64,000 nt of DNA from Bacteroidia bacterium (GTDB taxonomy: Bacteria; Bacteroidota; Bacteroidia; CAILMK01; JBBDIG01). Position 1 is the first letter of the stretch, and each line of letters opens with the position of its first letter. Of this stretch, positions 60,634 to 64,000 are shown in pieces. Made by a program: the position numbers and the translations under genes. The DNA lies in the NCBI GenBank assembly GCA_040880525.1, contig JBBDIG010000051.1, positions 4,221 through 68,220 of the forward strand. Reading direction: 5' to 3'. Below the pieces are notes generated by a model. It had not been told where the DNA came from, made no database searches, and worked only from the letters and a program-made list of their open reading frames with translations.

Positions 60634-61633
60634 GATGCAAAAGGCAGGAAAAGGAGTAGCCGTAATCACAGGTGCATCAGCAGGAGTAGGACGAGCATCT
60701 GTTCGCACTTTTGCGGGGAATGGTTATGATATTGGTTTGATAGCACGTAACCTTGAGGGTCTGGATGCCGCAAAGCAAGAGGTGGAAAGCAAGGGTAGGC
60801 GTGCTAGCTTTTATGTGGCAGACGTAGCCGATCCCGAAGCTGTGGAAGCTGCCGCAGCGCAGTTTGAGAAGGAGTTGGGACCGATAGAGGTGTGGGTAAA
60901 CAACGCCATGAACAGTGTATTCAGTCCTGTAAAGGAAATGAAGGTTGTGGAGTATGCTCGTGTAACTAACGTTACTTACCTGGGCCAGGTCTACGGTACT
61001 CTCTCAGCATTAAAAAGAATGCTACCCCGCAATAAAGGCTCTATTGTCTTTGTGGGTTCTGCTCTTTCTTATCGGGGAATTCCGCTACAATCAGCCTACT
61101 GTGGCTCCAAGCATGCAATACAAGGCTTCTTTGATTCACTGCGAGCCGAACTGATGCATGATAAGAGCAAGGTGCAGATAACGATGGTGCAGTTGCCCGC
61201 GCTCAACACAACGCAATTCGGAGTTGTCAAGTCACGGTTGCAAAATAAACCCAAACCCATGGGGACCATTTACCAGCCCGAGGTTGCTGCAGATGCCATC
61301 CTTTATGCCGCAGAGAACGACCGCAGGGAAGTGATAGTGGGATTCTCAACCTTACTGACAATTGTGGGAAATAAGATTGCGCCCTGGTATGTTGATCATG
61401 TACTGGCGAGGAACGGCTATAATGGACAGCAAACAGAAGAGCCCGACAATCCCCACCGGATGCACAACCTCTGGCAGACGATTCCCGGAGACCATGGCGC
61501 GCACGGCAATTTTGGCGATAAGGCCAGGGATTTCAGCATGGCACTGTGGCTGACAAAGCATCGTGCAACAGGAATACTGTTAGCAGTTGTCATTGTTGCT
61601 TTCATGACAACCATACTTGTGCTGATATTTTGA
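60634..61633 (+). CDS. Short-chain dehydrogenase/reductase with a C-terminal TM tail anchor. The ORF track start is 60599.
   Basis: VAVITGASAGVGRA (TGxxxGxG), NNAMN, and SALSYRGIPLQSAYCGSKHA (YxxxK). The hydrophobic tail reads ILLAVVIVAFMTTILVLIF. Confidence 0.75.
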
Positions 61634-61639
61634 GGCGTC

Positions 61640-61860
61640 TACAGATAGCCATGTCCTGCTTTCTTCGCTTTCGCTGCGAAAGCACTCCTCGCTAAGACAT
61701 ACCGGTGGCGCTCTTTTCCCCCCGGAATTTAAACGCGTCATTGCGAAAAAATTCAGGGAGCTTTTCGCGGAATGGATTTTTGCGGCATTCTGTAGCGGGT
61801 AACTACGGAATAGGTACGAGTTACTCAATCGCTAACCTCGGATCAGCAGGAGATTACCTA
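61640..61860. repeat. Cluster of MITE-like interspersed repeat modules (X: palindrome GCTTTCGCtGCGAAAGC; Y: GTCATTGCGA...; Z: AATAGGTACGAGTTAC...CGCTAA).
   Basis: These modules recur at 62590-62980 and 63040-63330, with a weaker copy at 53670-53700. Confidence 0.65.
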
Positions 61861-62277
61861 TTTAATTACATGAATATTTAAAAAATCAATTGCCGATAAA
61901 ACTTCGATTTCAGAGAAATAGAAGCCCCGCTTATCTTCTGTCACGATACAAGTACAGCCATACTTCTGCGCAGAATAGTATTGAAGTCCATCCTCGAAAT
62001 CTTCGATAGCGCTGTTGGCATTTGTACTTTGTACAGTGGCTGCTTCTATCTCTGTAATTTGCAGCTTTTCGCTTAGAACTGCTATCTTTTTTCTTGCCTG
62101 ACTGCTCCCACTCTTCTTTTCTGCAAAATAAAACCCGATGGCCAGGCTCAATGGAGAAGTGCAGACAATGAACCTGCTGTTATCAGCCAAGCTCAAAACC
62201 CGGGCACAGGAGGTGAAAAGAGGATACTCATTGCAGAGTACCGTTACAAGAATATTAGCATCTAAAAAGATTTTCAT
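61858..62277 (-). CDS. vapC: PIN-domain toxin (VapC-like). The ORF track extends to 62376; the start is probably MKIFLDANIL.
   Basis: MKIFLDANILVTVL...TEDKRGF shows the acidic PIN residues D6, E?, D. Confidence 0.65.
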   Translation of the reverse strand: MKIFLDANILVTVLCNEYPLFTSCARVLSLADNSRFIVCTSPLSLAIGFYFAEKKSGSSQARKKIAVLSEKLQITEIEAATVQSTNANSAIEDFEDGLQYYSAQKYGCTCIVTEDKRGFYFSEIEVLSAIDFLNIHVIK

Positions 62278-62537
62278 CCTTTCTTTTTCCGGGTACGAAA
62301 TTCCTCCTTCATCTCTTTGCCGGAGCGCGGAGTGCGCCTGTAGACGACCTCTCCTTCGCTTACCATATTTACCCAATCGGATACGGGTAGTTCATCGAGC
62401 GATTTATAAGATGCATTAATGCTTCTTGACAATAGATATTCCACCAGTCTGGACAAACTTATGTTATTGGCCGCTGCAAACGCTTTCGCCTGTCGCACAA
62501 TAGCTTCATCAAATCGTAATGTTACTTTCTGGTCCAT
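62274..62537 (-). CDS. vapB: Antitoxin partner of the PIN toxin (VapB-like small DNA-binding protein).
   Basis: An 87-aa ORF with a 4-nt overlap to the PIN gene. ...AKAFAAANNISLSRLVEYLL is a ribbon-helix-helix/HTH-like stretch. Confidence 0.5.
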   Translation of the reverse strand: MDQKVTLRFDEAIVRQAKAFAAANNISLSRLVEYLLSRSINASYKSLDELPVSDWVNMVSEGEVVYRRTPRSGKEMKEEFRTRKKKG

Positions 62538-62589
62538 TTGTCAATGCTTGTACGTCAAATATAAATTATTTATACGTCATTTAAAAATC

Positions 62590-62980
62590 GCTCACTATCA
62601 TTCCGGAATTTCGTTTTTCACGAAATGTCCGGAATCCCCTGCACTGGCTGTTGTGCGTGGCCACTCATGGGGAAGCGCTCCCGGGGCAGGAGATTCCCGC
62701 CTTCGCGGGAATGACAAGGGATAGCTGTGGACCTTTAACCGCCTCAACTCAAATCTGTCATTGCGAGAAAATTTATGGAGCTTTTCGCAGAATGGATTGT
62801 TGTGGCAATCTGTAGCGGAATATCGCCACGGCCAGAATAGGTACGAGTTACGTTATCGCTAAACTCGCACCAGCAGAGGGAATGGATTTTTGTGGCAATC
62901 TGTGGCTAGTAGCTACCACGGCTGGAATAGGTACGAGTTACGCTGTCGCTAAACTCGCACCAGCAGAGGGAAGTAAATTT
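62590..62980. repeat. MITE-like repeat cluster: module W (~125 bp with GTCATTCCGG/CCGGGAATGAC-type terminal inverted repeats), then Y, then two tandem Z copies.
   Basis: W = tcattccggaatttcgtttttcacgaaatgtccggaatcccctgcactggctgttgtgc...cgcgggaatgacaaggga. Z = ggaataggtacgagttacg.tatcgctaaactcgcaccagcagaggg, twice (62838-62880 and 62922-62968). Confidence 0.65.
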
Positions 62981-63039
62981 TTAGAGGAAATCTAACGGTT
63001 GAATATCTAATGTCTTATATGAATTACATCCCAGTATGA

Positions 63040-63330
63040 AAGGTGCATTTTCCTTGACAAAAACTACCGGCCTTGTGCTACAGATCGCCACGTCCTGCTT
63101 TCTACGCTATCGCTACGAAAGCACTCCTCGCGATGACATAGCTGGTGCGAACCTTTAACCGCCTTAATTCAAACATGTCATTGCAAGTAAACGCATGGAG
63201 CCTCCACTCACTGTCATTCCGGAATTTCGTTTTTCACGAAATGTCCGGAATCCCCTGCACTGGCGGTTGTGCAGTTACTCATGGGGAAGCACACCCGGGG
63301 CAGGAGATTCCTGCCTACAATAAGTTTTAA
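63040..63330. repeat. Third repeat cluster: modules X, Y (partial) and W.
   Basis: gtcctgctttctacgctatcgctacgaaagcactcctcgcgatgacata (X variant) and tcattccggaatttcgtttttcacgaaatgtccggaatcccctgcactggcggttgtgc (W). Confidence 0.65.
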
Positions 63331-63416
63331 CTACCTTTGCCGGGAATTGCACGAAAGAGTGCAAGAATTTAAGGCTTTAGAGTTGCAATAGTAGAATACT
63401 GCCACTCACCAATTAA

Positions 63417-63487
63417 TGGAGGAGATAGTGGGAATCGAACCCACGGGAGGAAGGTGTCAAGTCTCGCTCCCCCGTCCTGGTATCCCC
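63417..63487 (-). tRNA. tRNA-like element or pseudo-tRNA, 71 nt. It has a canonical T-arm, acceptor stem with a G3:U70 pair, and CCA, but a non-canonical D/anticodon region.
   Basis: Reverse complement GGGGATACCAGGACGGGGGAGCGAGACTTGACACCTTCCTCCCGTGGGTTCGATTCCCACTATCTCCTCCA. The T-loop is TTCGATT. I could not fold a standard 7-nt anticodon loop. Confidence 0.35.
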
Positions 63488-63498
63488 CATTGTTTTTT

Positions 63499-63573
63499 TG
63501 GAGACCCCGACCGGATTTGAACCGGTATAAATGCGTTGCCGACACATTACCTAACCATTTCGGACACGGGGTC
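63499..63573 (-). tRNA. tRNA-like element, 75 nt. It has a perfect acceptor stem, T-arm and CCA, and an anticodon stem-loop ATGTG-TCGGCAA-CGCAT (GGC at the anticodon position, C instead of U33). The D-stem is weak.
   Basis: Reverse complement GACCCCGTGTCCGAAATGGTTAGGTAATGTGTCGGCAACGCATTTATACCGGTTCAAATCCGGTCGGGGTCTCCA. Confidence 0.4.
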
Positions 63574-63615
63574 TTAATTATGAATCAGGGCAGTAGTTAC
63601 CGCTACCGCCCTGAT

Positions 63616-63948
63616 TCATTCATTGTAAAATAGTTCATTATAATCATAGTCTGGTTTAATCTTATCGTTCTCCATCCAATCCTCAAATCCATAGAAGCAG
63701 TTCCGAGACCTTGATCCTACTTGATGCTTAACCAGCTTTCCATTTCGCTTCAGGTTTGAAATTGTAGCTGAAACCTTAGATATCACCGCATCAAGCGGAA
63801 GATCAACCAAATTCTTTTGCTGCATCCATTCACCTACTTCGCGAGGGTGAGCAAAGTGATTGAGTTCTTTAATAACATGCAACACAACATTACCAGTCAC
63901 TTTTTGAGGCCACTTAGTTCTTGTCATTTTTTTTAGCTCTTTCGACAC
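63616..63948 (-). CDS. Hypothetical small protein, possibly a winged-helix (Mrr-N-like) DNA-binding protein.
   Basis: 110 aa: ...WPQKVTGNVVLHVIKELNHFAHPREVGEWMQQKNLVDLPLDAVISKVSATISNLKRNGKLVKHQ. The pattern is suggestive only. Confidence 0.3.
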   Translation of the reverse strand: MSKELKKMTRTKWPQKVTGNVVLHVIKELNHFAHPREVGEWMQQKNLVDLPLDAVISKVSATISNLKRNGKLVKHQVGSRSRNCFYGFEDWMENDKIKPDYDYNELFYNE

Positions 63949-64000
63949 TACTTCGTGATTTGTGAAAGCGTTAGGGACTTCTACTTTGCCATTATATCCA

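Noticed and set aside
1-64000. Scan for CRISPR arrays, cas genes, transposases/IS elements, reverse transcriptases, restriction-modification, CBASS or Gabija-type defence genes.
   Set aside because: I found no regularly spaced short direct repeats. None of the ORFs shows Cas, transposase (DDE), RT, methyltransferase or nucleotidyltransferase motifs recognisable by eye.

Overview
This is a chromosomal segment from a Bacteroidota-type genome, possibly Chitinophagaceae- or Sphingobacteriia-like. The phylum call rests on T9SS C-terminal sorting domains, PorT-like beta-barrel partners of ECF sigma factors, LytS/LytTR and Y_Y_Y sensors, TAnnTTTG -7 promoter boxes, and about 47 % GC overall.

The middle of the window (about 27.6-40.5 kb) is ordinary, well-conserved housekeeping DNA:
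- argS, pepA and pdxA;
- the yceD-rpmF-plsX-fabH block;
- efp, accB and accC;
- rplM-rpsI and rpsB-tsf.

Upstream of that core lie menA-menC, a gmd-fcl GDP-fucose pair, an exbB-exbD-tonB operon, two tandem YceI paralogues, and a LytS-type sensor kinase with its LytTR regulator.

The unusual material is at the edges:
- 0-4.2 kb: a small integrase/excisionase islet sits between a truncated tRNA-Phe and a tRNA-Leu/tRNA-Gly pair. It includes a tandem pair of ~80-nt structured repeats.
- 7.8-9.4 kb: a GC-rich single-gene insertion encodes a diadenylate-cyclase (DAC) domain protein with a long N-terminal sensor-like region. An AT-rich gap follows it.
- About 40.7 kb: a VOC/glyoxalase gene carries an in-frame TGA.
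- 41.2-41.47 kb: a terminator-ended candidate small RNA.
- 41.4-50.2 kb: two convergent paralogous modules, each an ECF sigma factor plus a membrane protein with a C-terminal OM beta-barrel domain, flank T9SS cargo proteins.
- 50.6-64 kb, an accessory tail: an orphan B12-binding radical SAM enzyme, a DUF2975/XRE pair with a perfect 13-bp palindromic operator, a HigBA module bracketed by ~63-bp direct repeats, a translationally coupled VKOR/SPW-repeat protein and (alpha/alpha)6 glycoside hydrolase plus a tail-anchored SDR, a VapBC module, a family of MITE-like repeats (motifs GTCATTSC, GCTTTCGCtGCGAAAGC), and two adjacent non-canonical tRNA-like elements.

I saw no CRISPR array, transposase, or recognisable restriction, CBASS or retron genes. 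The most likely home for anything novel is the repeat-rich 53-64 kb tail or the DAC sensor protein. All functional calls come from reading motifs by eye and need homology or structure searches to confirm.
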